Positions 30,154 through 38,765 of a stretch of 64,000 nucleotides of DNA are shown piece by piece (within the stretch, counting starts at the first letter, position 1; every line of letters begins with the position of its first letter). Source of the stretch: a virus (lineage: Duplodnaviria > Caudoviricetes); IMG/VR virus record IMGVR_UViG_3300028888_000067, positions 64,638 through 128,637 of that record; one strand, given 5' to 3'. A model generated the notes under the pieces. It had not been told where the DNA came from and did no database searches. It saw only the letters and a list, made by a program, of their open reading frames with translations. A program made the translations under genes and the position numbers.

Positions 30154-31941
30154 ATGGATAAATCAATTGTTTTCAAGAAAGATTTCGTGAGTCCGAAGAC
30201 TGGCGAGACGATTGACATGATAAAGATACGAGACCGGATTGACTTTGTCCGCGGCAGTGTCTACAATGTGAATGCTTGCTTTGGGGCATTGCTTGACAAC
30301 CTCAACTTCATCTACACGTTTGACGTCCCGACACAAGCGACAGACGGCACGCGCCTGTTCATAAATCCAGAATGGACAAACAAGTTGTCTGATGGCGAAA
30401 TCAGGTTTGTTCTCATTCATGAGCTGATGCATTGTGTGTTTGACCACATGAACAGATCTAAAGGGCATAGCATGATGCTGTCTAACGTAGCTGCTGACTT
30501 TGAAGCAAACGGCGCATGCTTCATCGACAATTTCGTGACTAAATGGCAGATGGAGCATCTTGGATCTTATTTCAGCGACAAGTATGCGTCATATGGTGAT
30601 TTGTGGAGCTATGAGATGATTTACAAAGACTTGCTTGACAGCGGATTCATTCCAAACGCGCCAGAACTTGACATCATCTGGCCCAAGACAGAAAAGCCAA
30701 AGGGCGACCCGAAGATTGAGCACACGACTGATGAATGGAAACGCGGACACAGCGATGCTATACATGAATGCAACAAGACACTCAATGATGAATATTCTAA
30801 AATCACTAAAAAAGTTGGCGAACGCTACAAACCCGATGAGATAAAGAGAGCTCTCGAGAACTCTATCATACGGATAAAGCCGCTGCATGGAAACTATCCA
30901 GACAACCCATTCAGAATGAATCATATACCCGAGTATGAGAAATTCATAAAGCCCGAGTTCATAACATATGAGCAAGGCTGGGACAGTGCAATTGCTGAAA
31001 GCATGAAGTCTATATTGTATGTGATTGGACTGATAGACAAACAGGGTGCTTCAGGCGGACTTTCTGGAATGAACTCAGACGGTTCTTTTCCTGCTACTGA
31101 CCCTGCTGAAGAAGCATTGAACATACCAAGGCCGCCGATGCCAAATGTGATTGTCGTTTTGAGCAAAGAAGACGTCATAAGCCAGCAAGAAGGCGCTAAC
31201 ATGGCACGTGAAGCTGGCTATTCTGGCGAGTTCATAAAAGAGGAGCAGCTGAATGACATTGCGCAGAAATGGAAAGAGCAAGTCCAGCAGCAAGCTGGAA
31301 AAGAGGGCTCGTCATTGTTGACAAGACATCTGTTAGAAACACAAGCGTCGGGATACAACTGGACATATGAGTTGAGGAAAATGATGAACAACTCGCTGAA
31401 CAACTCTAAAAAATACACCACTGAATGGGGTGAGAAACGCGGACTTGCTAGAGACACGATGACACTGAGACACAAGAACTCACGCAATTCAGTCAAAGAC
31501 ATCGTGTTTTTAGTAGACTGCTCAGGCAGTGTTTCGGACAAGACTCTGTCACACATATTGAGCGAATGCTATTCTATTTCTAAAAAATGCAATGTCAAGA
31601 ACATCACATACGCTTACTTCACGACAAAAGTAGAACTTGTCGAAACTAATTCTCGCAGAATCACGAACAGTGTCAAAGAGACTGCTTTGATGAAGCTTAA
31701 GGAAGACCGCAAAGCAAGAGGCGGGCATATAACGGGCGGCACAGATTTCATGAACGCATTGAAATGGGTAGATGAGGTTGGCGGCGCGAGATGCGTGATA
31801 GTCGTGACTGACGGCTATGACACTCCCGTGAGCAAGCCGTCATATGTAGACAATTTGATCTGGTGCATTTATGACAACAAAAATTTCAAAGCTGCAGACT
31901 CATCAAGAGTCGTGTATATCGACACGAGCAAAATGAAGTGA
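30154..31941 (+). CDS. DUF2201-type metallopeptidase + vWA domain protein
   Basis: PTQATDG..LFINP, HELMH (HExxH), N.A.D..N; MIDAS DCSGS, GGTDF, VTDGY. Confidence 0.88.
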   Translation: MDKSIVFKKDFVSPKTGETIDMIKIRDRIDFVRGSVYNVNACFGALLDNLNFIYTFDVPTQATDGTRLFINPEWTNKLSDGEIRFVLIHELMHCVFDHMNRSKGHSMMLSNVAADFEANGACFIDNFVTKWQMEHLGSYFSDKYASYGDLWSYEMIYKDLLDSGFIPNAPELDIIWPKTEKPKGDPKIEHTTDEWKRGHSDAIHECNKTLNDEYSKITKKVGERYKPDEIKRALENSIIRIKPLHGNYPDNPFRMNHIPEYEKFIKPEFITYEQGWDSAIAESMKSILYVIGLIDKQGASGGLSGMNSDGSFPATDPAEEALNIPRPPMPNVIVVLSKEDVISQQEGANMAREAGYSGEFIKEEQLNDIAQKWKEQVQQQAGKEGSSLLTRHLLETQASGYNWTYELRKMMNNSLNNSKKYTTEWGEKRGLARDTMTLRHKNSRNSVKDIVFLVDCSGSVSDKTLSHILSECYSISKKCNVKNITYAYFTTKVELVETNSRRITNSVKETALMKLKEDRKARGGHITGGTDFMNALKWVDEVGGARCVIVVTDGYDTPVSKPSYVDNLIWCIYDNKNFKAADSSRVVYIDTSKMK

Positions 31942-31960
31942 AGTCCAGAAGACATACTTA

Positions 31961-31997
31961 AAATGCACCAGATTTCATGATAATTTCTGGTGCATTT
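31961..31997. terminator. Bidirectional terminator hairpin between convergent genes
   Basis: 12-bp inverted repeat AAATGCACCAGA / TCTGGTGCATTT. Confidence 0.7.
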
Positions 31998-32040
31998 GTG
32001 TGTATCTTTATGAAGATATGATTCTGTTTGCATGTTCTCG

Positions 32041-32343
32041 TTAGCTGCACTTTGCTTTGTCGCAAGTGTAGCCCTGGCTTTCTAACTGCCTGATGAAATT
32101 TTCTCTCGCCGATAAAGTGGGGAAGCCTTTTGAATGTTCTCCACTTTCATCAGAATATCTCACCCACCATTTCGCTACATATTTGCTGCTGCCTGTGAAT
32201 GTGTAATATGTTTTCGGCACATTGTTTTTGTGTGTGTCTTCTGCTCGGACAGCAGTTTCTTCTGCTTGCTTCCATTCTGCATTCGTGACAGGTCTGATTT
32301 TCATTCGTTCAGAAATGAATTGATTTGTGTCTAATATTTTCAT
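32041..32343 (-). CDS. Leader-family protein 3, small cargo
   Basis: MKILDTNQFISE-RMKIRPVTNAEW. Confidence 0.75.
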   Translation of the reverse strand: MKILDTNQFISERMKIRPVTNAEWKQAEETAVRAEDTHKNNVPKTYYTFTGSSKYVAKWWVRYSDESGEHSKGFPTLSARENFIRQLESQGYTCDKAKCS

Positions 32344-32347
32344 AGTT

Positions 32348-32917
32348 TTATTTGTCTATTGTTCCGTTACTAACAGTATAATTTACTTTAGCAGTTCCGT
32401 GCACTTCAGCATCGCCATACACGCAAGCAAAACTATATACCTGAGCATTGCCATGCACTTGAGCATTGACATACACTTTAGCACTGCCATACACTTGAGC
32501 ATTGCCATATATTTTAGCATTGTCATACACGGAAACATTATTAAATATTTTAGCGTTGTCGTATATTTTAGCATTTCCGCGCACTAAAGCATTATGATGT
32601 ATTTCAGCGCTTCCATACACTTGAGCATTTTCATACACCCAAGCATTTCCACTCACCCAGCAGTCTCCTTTCTGGTCTAGATTGTCATATGACTCAATCC
32701 AGCCGCCTAAGTCTCCTTTTTTGACTCCTTTAGATGGAATGTCTTTCAATGCTTTGATGCGATGCAAAGTATGTCCACTATTTGTTTTGTCCGTTTCATC
32801 AGTGAGTTCATATTTGTCGGCATTCATGTCTTGCTGGATCTTGTCCAGTTCTGCATTAGTCACAGGCCTGATCTTCATTCGTTCAGAAACAAACTGATTA
32901 GTGTCTAATACTTTCAT
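32348..32917 (-). CDS. Leader-family protein 4, hexapeptide-repeat left-handed beta-helix cargo
   Basis: MKVLDTNQFVSE-RMKIRPVTNAEL; GDLGGWIE..NL and (A.VYG[N/S])n repeats. Confidence 0.8.
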   Translation of the reverse strand: MKVLDTNQFVSERMKIRPVTNAELDKIQQDMNADKYELTDETDKTNSGHTLHRIKALKDIPSKGVKKGDLGGWIESYDNLDQKGDCWVSGNAWVYENAQVYGSAEIHHNALVRGNAKIYDNAKIFNNVSVYDNAKIYGNAQVYGSAKVYVNAQVHGNAQVYSFACVYGDAEVHGTAKVNYTVSNGTIDK

Positions 32918-32918
32918 G

Positions 32919-33191
32919 TTAATTTATTTTTTTATAGTCTTTCGGAACTGCAAAGTTGAAATAGTTCCTTATGTACTTCACATTGTCTACCATATGAACC
33001 ATTATGTCGTTCAGTGTGTCTAGAAATCCTGAAAGTTTTTTGTTAGCATACAGATATGGCGACACACTGTTCTTTATAAGTGTTTTGCTGTAGTCATACC
33101 CCGTGTACTGGATTCTCCAGTCATCTTCAACGATCTGGTCTTTCGGGAAGACAAAGCCTTTGTACTTGTTTATGTTGATTTTTTCTTGCAT
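32919..33191 (-). CDS. Hypothetical late protein (90 aa)
   Basis: ATG at 33191 (MQEKIN), downstream of TATAAATA 33215-33222. Confidence 0.65.
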   Translation of the reverse strand: MQEKININKYKGFVFPKDQIVEDDWRIQYTGYDYSKTLIKNSVSPYLYANKKLSGFLDTLNDIMVHMVDNVKYIRNYFNFAVPKDYKKIN

Positions 33192-33214
33192 GTCAAAACA
33201 TTTCGGATTTTTAT

Positions 33215-33222
33215 TATTTATA
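33215..33222 (-). promoter_or_regulatory. T4-type late promoter TATAAATA
   Basis: Heads the 3-gene minus-strand unit containing two leader-family genes. Confidence 0.65.
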
Positions 33223-33237
33223 ATAAAACAGTTAATT

Positions 33238-33504
33238 ATGAAACGCACGAGTTTTCTAGTATCAGGCGAAACGGATGAAGCTGAGCAGATTGTTTCGGCG
33301 TATTTGCCATCATTCGCCAGAGACATGATAGAAATAGAACAGGCAGACAGTTCATTTACTGGCATTGTGTGCACTGTGTATGTGAAGTATGATGACACTG
33401 ATGTGTCACTGATGAGAGAGCTTGAGAACTGTTTCATGCATGTGTTCATGTTAGATGACTACATTGATGCGTGGAACATGATACAAGAATATACTGAAAT
33501 ATAA
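33238..33504 (+). CDS. Hypothetical protein
   Basis: ATG at 33238 (MKRTSF). Confidence 0.6.
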   Translation: MKRTSFLVSGETDEAEQIVSAYLPSFARDMIEIEQADSSFTGIVCTVYVKYDDTDVSLMRELENCFMHVFMLDDYIDAWNMIQEYTEI

Positions 33505-33515
33505 AATAATCAAAA

Positions 33516-33836
33516 ATGGAATTTTTAGAATTTAAACTCAACGGTCAGATAACACTGATTGCGAAAGACGCTATCAGGCTGGTGTCAGTCATGCCAACAG
33601 ACGACAACGAAAATTCAAAGTGCATGATTGTAATTGGAAACGAAACTGTCGATTTTGTAGGCACGACAGACGAAGTCATGGAATTCTACAACAATTTTCA
33701 CAACATACTCGAGACAACTTGCAAAATCACACAGATTGAAAAAGAACAGAAACCTGCGTACAGGAACGGACTTCCGGATCTCGACAAATGTGTGCTTATT
33801 GTAGAAGAAAATCACGACGACATAAGAAATTCGTAA
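33516..33836 (+). CDS. Hypothetical protein
   Basis: 106-aa ORF. Confidence 0.65.
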   Translation: MEFLEFKLNGQITLIAKDAIRLVSVMPTDDNENSKCMIVIGNETVDFVGTTDEVMEFYNNFHNILETTCKITQIEKEQKPAYRNGLPDLDKCVLIVEENHDDIRNS

Positions 33837-33904
33837 GCATCTGATGAAGTTTTATAAATACACTATGGTATAATTCTGTAGTATTAACTTTAAAACTTTA
33901 TCAA

Positions 33905-34597
33905 ATGGCAAAAAGCAGAAAGAAGAAAACTTCTTCTACTCGAATCTTCTTTACAAGTGATTTGTGGCTTGGAAGAAACAACATAATCGATATCTACAAA
34001 CGTCCGTTCTCATCAGTTGAAGAGATGAACGGCACAATCATCGAAAGATGGAACACTACTGTCGGTAACGATGACATCGTCTTCGTACTTGGCAATTGCG
34101 TCTATGATGGCACACGTGCACAGAACACATTGGCTGACTTGCGCGGGACTAAGGTGATGATGCTGTCAGAATCAGACAAGAACATCCTCCGCGTAGATGA
34201 TGTTTATCTTGATGAGATGACATTGCTTAGCGAAATATACAAGGCGCATTTCTTGGATGACAAGCAAGAATCTATGCTGTATGACACATTCGGGCTTCTC
34301 ACATCTGAAGAAATCCTGAACTCAATCGCAAGCATAACGGAGACATTTCATCCCGATGTCATACTTCTGAAAGACTCAATTATAGATTTAGCAAGGTACG
34401 GGATAACATTGTCGCTTTATCCATTGTTAGAATGGAATGGCAAGAAAAGTGGCACGATGAATCTGCATGGTGGCACGATGGAATCTTCTAAAGACTTGAA
34501 CGCCGACAACCGCATAAGTGTGAGAACAGATTTCTGGGGGTTCAGGCCGATTGAGCTTTCTGAAATCCAGACAATAGCAAAACAGTTAAAACAATAA
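33905..34597 (+). CDS. Calcineurin-like metallophosphoesterase fold, metal ligands degenerate
   Basis: FFTSDLW.G, RPF.SVEEM...I..WN..V...D.VF.LGN scaffold; TATAAATA at 33853. Confidence 0.75.
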   Translation: MAKSRKKKTSSTRIFFTSDLWLGRNNIIDIYKRPFSSVEEMNGTIIERWNTTVGNDDIVFVLGNCVYDGTRAQNTLADLRGTKVMMLSESDKNILRVDDVYLDEMTLLSEIYKAHFLDDKQESMLYDTFGLLTSEEILNSIASITETFHPDVILLKDSIIDLARYGITLSLYPLLEWNGKKSGTMNLHGGTMESSKDLNADNRISVRTDFWGFRPIELSEIQTIAKQLKQ

Positions 34598-34600
34598 TAT

Positions 34601-35041
34601 ATGTTTATAAAAAATATAATAAAAGAATTTCGTACATGGAAAACCGTAAAGCATGTAGTCAAAAGCAACAAGAACAGTTTTTACGCACTTGGTTTTGACT
34701 ATGACTGGCTTGGAAGGCTTTACACGGTGGTAAACATACCAGACGAGATTGTGAACATTCCCGTGAAGACACGCAAAGACTCTGTCGTGCAGAACATGAT
34801 GATTGAAAACTACATAAAAGACAGTCTTTCTGATGTGTCTGAACTTCTCACTGAACTCCGTCTTTCTGACTTGATTATTTATCCCACTACATTCGAGCGG
34901 TTTGAGAACACTGACTCTATCCTGATAGTGCTTGCGCCAGAAAGAAGATACACAAAATGGTGGAAACTTTTGTTATATTCAATTATTACAGCAGGAATTG
35001 GCATAGGCATATTTTTCTTAATCAACTATATAGTGAAATAA
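34601..35041 (+). CDS. Hypothetical protein with C-terminal TM helix
   Basis: DWLGRLYTVVN; hydrophobic tail. Confidence 0.7.
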   Translation: MFIKNIIKEFRTWKTVKHVVKSNKNSFYALGFDYDWLGRLYTVVNIPDEIVNIPVKTRKDSVVQNMMIENYIKDSLSDVSELLTELRLSDLIIYPTTFERFENTDSILIVLAPERRYTKWWKLLLYSIITAGIGIGIFFLINYIVK

Positions 35042-35812
35042 ATGGCAACAAACGAAAGTCTATCACATACCGAAACAATTGACAACAAGCGGTATTACCA
35101 CATACAAGACAATGAGGGCAAGCATCATCTTCTGCCAAGTGTCACGACAGTCCTTGGCGCAATGGGAGACAAGTCATCACTTGAAAACTGGAGAAAGAAG
35201 ATTGGTGAAGAAGAAGCTGACCGCATAAGCAAGTTCGCGGCGAACCGTGGCACTTGCATGCACCAGAAACTAGAATACTGGTTCACTTCAGACATTGAAG
35301 ACAAAAAAGAACGCCTTAGATCTGTCAATGAGAAAATGGAGACGTTCATTTCAGAAAACGGGTACACCCAAGAAGAACTCAAGGTCGGCAATTCACTGTT
35401 CAATTCACTCTATATCTGCGGGTTTTTTGAGAAAGTAGATTCCATCATTGAGATGGAGAACACTTTGTGGTCATTGGCAAATGGCGGCTATGCTGGTCGA
35501 GTCGACTGCATATACAAAGACAAGTACGGCAAGAAAGTGCTGCTTGACTTCAAGACTTCAAAGAGAAAGAAGAAAGCAGACTGGCTCACTAGCTATTACA
35601 TGCAGTTAGCAGCATATTATTTCGCATACTATGAAATGCACGGGATCGCGCTTGACAGAGCAGAGTTGTGGATTGCTGTCGAGAATGACACGCCACAACT
35701 TGTCGAGATTTCTGTAGATGAACTGAAAATATGGATAAAGTATTTTCTTGACTTTGTGAAAAAATATCACCAGCAGTATGATCATTTAATTTCCGGTAAA
35801 AATGAAGACTGA
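35042..35812 (+). CDS. PD-(D/E)XK exonuclease (T4-like phage type)
   Basis: PSVTTVLG, RGT.MH, AGRVD, DFKTS, Y.MQL.AY. Confidence 0.88.
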   Translation: MATNESLSHTETIDNKRYYHIQDNEGKHHLLPSVTTVLGAMGDKSSLENWRKKIGEEEADRISKFAANRGTCMHQKLEYWFTSDIEDKKERLRSVNEKMETFISENGYTQEELKVGNSLFNSLYICGFFEKVDSIIEMENTLWSLANGGYAGRVDCIYKDKYGKKVLLDFKTSKRKKKADWLTSYYMQLAAYYFAYYEMHGIALDRAELWIAVENDTPQLVEISVDELKIWIKYFLDFVKKYHQQYDHLISGKNED

Positions 35813-36632
35813 TAGCAACGGCAATAAATTGCATGAACAGCAAGATGTCTACAGATATGGCTCTTACAATTTGCCTGAGGTAGGATGGAAAACAGAAAAC
35901 TTTGATGAATATGTGTACCTGCAATGCACAATATCATCTTTTTTAGTTGGCGGCTGCAAAGTGAACATCCCAAATTTGACACCTGCAGAAAAAGACTATT
36001 ATAATCGCATACATATAGACTTCATATTAGATATCATTGAAGAGAATGGCGAGGCCAAAAGACTGCTGATTGACGCAAAGAGAGTGTATTACGACAAAGA
36101 ACGTCCTTATTTGACTTTAAGCATGTCAGCTTACAATGCGACGAAAGATGTCTATTTGCTAATAAACAATGAACATGTATATGACACGAGCAAAGGCTGG
36201 TACCATTTCAAGAACTCTCGTCTTCTTATGTACAATCTTGCTAAAATAAGAGAAGCTGGCATAGCTGATGAACTTACAGGAAAAGACGGGAACAAATATA
36301 TAAGAATATACATTGACTTGCTGGCCCAGCAAGTCACTCCATACCATACTGTGTTTTACGGGTATGATGGAAGCAACTGTTATAGCAATCCGCTTGAAGA
36401 ATTCGGATTCTTGCACACGACAAATGAAGTCTGCGCACTTAATAGATGTCTTGACAAAATGGCGAAAGACTTGAACAAGCAAGACAGGAAACGCTCGCCA
36501 AAAGAAAAAAGAGATTCGACACTTGCATATGCTAACAGTTTCTGCACACATATAGAGACCATAGGCGCTAACATCGGTATAAATACAGTGAAGCTCAATT
36601 CTATTATGAGAATGTGCAGACTGAAAATATAA
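35802..36632 (+). CDS. Hypothetical protein (possible PD-(D/E)XK-like)
   Basis: IDF...LIDAK pattern; weak. Confidence 0.65.
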   Translation: MKTDSNGNKLHEQQDVYRYGSYNLPEVGWKTENFDEYVYLQCTISSFLVGGCKVNIPNLTPAEKDYYNRIHIDFILDIIEENGEAKRLLIDAKRVYYDKERPYLTLSMSAYNATKDVYLLINNEHVYDTSKGWYHFKNSRLLMYNLAKIREAGIADELTGKDGNKYIRIYIDLLAQQVTPYHTVFYGYDGSNCYSNPLEEFGFLHTTNEVCALNRCLDKMAKDLNKQDRKRSPKEKRDSTLAYANSFCTHIETIGANIGINTVKLNSIMRMCRLKI

Positions 36633-36639
36633 CAAACGC

Positions 36640-37299
36640 ATGATAGCATTACCAATAATCTCTATTGTTCTCTGCTTTGCTTATGTGATATACATAGTGT
36701 TCAAATTCGGGGTTCCGACATCAATTTCAGAAACCTATTATCTGCTTCCAAACAAATGGGACTGGATGTTCAGCGCATGGTGTGTCCTCACAGCAATCCC
36801 GTTTGGACTGTGGTGGTTCACCGTTTCTCCCTCAAACATCTCTTGGATTCCCATTGTCGTCATGATTGGAATGTCGATGATTGGCGTCAGCTGCAGATAC
36901 AAGTCAGGCCCGAAGAAAGATGATGACTATGTGCCTGCTATAACTATGGATGACATGAAAAGCAAAGCAGTCCCGCATAAGTCATTCAAAGAATTCATGA
37001 GAGACATGATAGAAAGTTTCAAGCCGAAGAATTTCTTGAAATATGGCTGGACAAAACCCATTCATTATATGTGCTCTCTAATCGTCATAGTCTTGACCAG
37101 CGTGTGGGTTGGCATTGTCAATCCGATAGGAATCGCAAGTATGGTGATGTCATATGCAGCTTTCATCTTGATAGGAGTGAACACGCCTGCAGTATACAAC
37201 AAAGACTATTCAGTCGATGTAGACAACAAAGCATGGATCTTCTTCATGGAAATCATATGTTTCTTGCAGTTGTTCATTTTTGTGTGGAGCGTAGTATAA
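36640..37299 (+). CDS. Multi-pass membrane protein
   Basis: About 6 hydrophobic segments; P.SISETYY.L. Confidence 0.75.
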   Translation: MIALPIISIVLCFAYVIYIVFKFGVPTSISETYYLLPNKWDWMFSAWCVLTAIPFGLWWFTVSPSNISWIPIVVMIGMSMIGVSCRYKSGPKKDDDYVPAITMDDMKSKAVPHKSFKEFMRDMIESFKPKNFLKYGWTKPIHYMCSLIVIVLTSVWVGIVNPIGIASMVMSYAAFILIGVNTPAVYNKDYSVDVDNKAWIFFMEIICFLQLFIFVWSVV

Positions 37300-37311
37300 T
37301 AAAATGCAGTC

Positions 37312-37668
37312 ATGAAATACATATATGATTTCGCGGTATTCGAGAAAAAGTTCAGCACGAACATAAAAAATGAGTTGCAAGACCATTTCTGCGAGTTCTA
37401 TTACAGAAAACTGGATGGAGAGAAACGTCATGCTTACGGCACATTGAAAGAAGACTTCATCAAGCATTACTGGGAGCCTTCTGACAATGAAGACGCAAAC
37501 AAGCCAAGCGATGAGTATGTAGTGTACTGGGACATTGAAAGAAAGAACTTCAGGCAGTTCTCGCCTGACGCATTCATTGAACTTGTGAAAACATACGACA
37601 CATTAGAAGACTTCATAAAAGACAACCACAAATTAGAGCCAAAAGTCAGAAAAGCACTTAAACATTAG
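37312..37668 (+). CDS. DUF2693/WYL-like SH3 beta-barrel protein
   Basis: F.Y.K.DG..R.A.GTL, Y.D.E...FR.F. Confidence 0.75.
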   Translation: MKYIYDFAVFEKKFSTNIKNELQDHFCEFYYRKLDGEKRHAYGTLKEDFIKHYWEPSDNEDANKPSDEYVVYWDIERKNFRQFSPDAFIELVKTYDTLEDFIKDNHKLEPKVRKALKH

Positions 37669-37675
37669 AAAACAA

Positions 37676-38170
37676 ATGAAAATATTAAGCATGCATAATT
37701 TTGTTTCTGAACGAATGAAGTTCAAGCCTGTCACAAATGCAGAAATGGAACATATTAAAAAAGAAATAGAAACAAACAAGCCTTGTCCCGTTTCACTGTC
37801 ATCAATGAAAAGCATTGATGACATGCAGCCAGGCTGGATAATCTTCATAACAGATCATCATGCAAATGTAAAACAAAGTCTGCCGAGAATCGCTGTTCCA
37901 AATAAATATGTAGAAAATATATTTGGCTATGCCGTAGAGTATCCATACATTTTTGCAAGAACTATTTTTTCTTCCATTTCTTCTAATAAAACTGTTGTGT
38001 ATATACAATCAAGTGTGTTTCATGACAATTTTCCATATTCCACCACCAATCGGTATTATATTGACCGAATCTATAGATGGCATGTGCCGAATTTACAGAG
38101 CATCTGTAAAAGCAAAAATGATTTTATAGACTGGTATGACAGCATAGATTTTGATGATTTGCTGAAATGA
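37676..38170 (+). CDS. Leader-family protein 5
   Basis: MKILSMHNFVSE-RMKFKPVTNAEM; cargo distantly resembles proteins 1 and 2. Confidence 0.75.
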   Translation: MKILSMHNFVSERMKFKPVTNAEMEHIKKEIETNKPCPVSLSSMKSIDDMQPGWIIFITDHHANVKQSLPRIAVPNKYVENIFGYAVEYPYIFARTIFSSISSNKTVVYIQSSVFHDNFPYSTTNRYYIDRIYRWHVPNLQSICKSKNDFIDWYDSIDFDDLLK

Positions 38171-38174
38171 CATT

Positions 38175-38765
38175 ATGATATATATTTGTACTGAAATCAC
38201 TCCTAGCTATAGTCTTGACTATGAGCACATTACAATAGACAACAACCTCTGCAGTTTTTCAGAACAATACCGGCATCTGAGAGGAATATGGCAGATATAC
38301 AATTATATCGACATTCCTGACGAAGTCGGAATATTCCAGAAAAGAAGAAGACTTCCCGTAAACACTATACCAGAAAACTTTGATGCTGTGGCTCCACGCT
38401 GTATCTGGCCATGTGAAGTGCGACAGCAGTACATTGACTGCGGGCCATGCAGCCACGGATCTCATGCAGAACGAGACATTGATTTAGTAGAACACATCAT
38501 AGCTGAACAGTCGTTTAGCGACTATATAAGAATTCCGGACAACAATGAATGCTACTGGCACAACATGTTCATAATGAAAAGAGACGATTTCACAAGATAC
38601 TGTGATTTCATGTTCAGCGTGCTGTTTGAGAAAGACAGGTATGCTGGCCCGCAAAGCAACTGTTTTCTGGCAGAGAGAATAGGATCTTGGTGGATATGGA
38701 AAAACTTTGCCAAAGACAGAATATTTTCCTGCGAAGTAGAAGAATTCCCTGACATCACTCGATGA
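38175..38765 (+). CDS. DUF4422-like glycan-biosynthesis protein
   Basis: VGIFQKRR, QQY...H...D, NMFIMK..F..YC.F.F..LF, FLAER. Confidence 0.7.
   Translation: MIYICTEITPSYSLDYEHITIDNNLCSFSEQYRHLRGIWQIYNYIDIPDEVGIFQKRRRLPVNTIPENFDAVAPRCIWPCEVRQQYIDCGPCSHGSHAERDIDLVEHIIAEQSFSDYIRIPDNNECYWHNMFIMKRDDFTRYCDFMFSVLFEKDRYAGPQSNCFLAERIGSWWIWKNFAKDRIFSCEVEEFPDITR

Noticed and set aside
32390-32660. 18-bp periodic repeats as a VNTR or DGR target
   Set aside because: They encode hexapeptide beta-helix repeats; no reverse transcriptase or template/variable pair was seen.
35042-35812. Cas4 / CRISPR association
   Set aside because: It lacks the four-Cys cluster, and no array or other cas genes are present; it fits an ordinary phage exonuclease.
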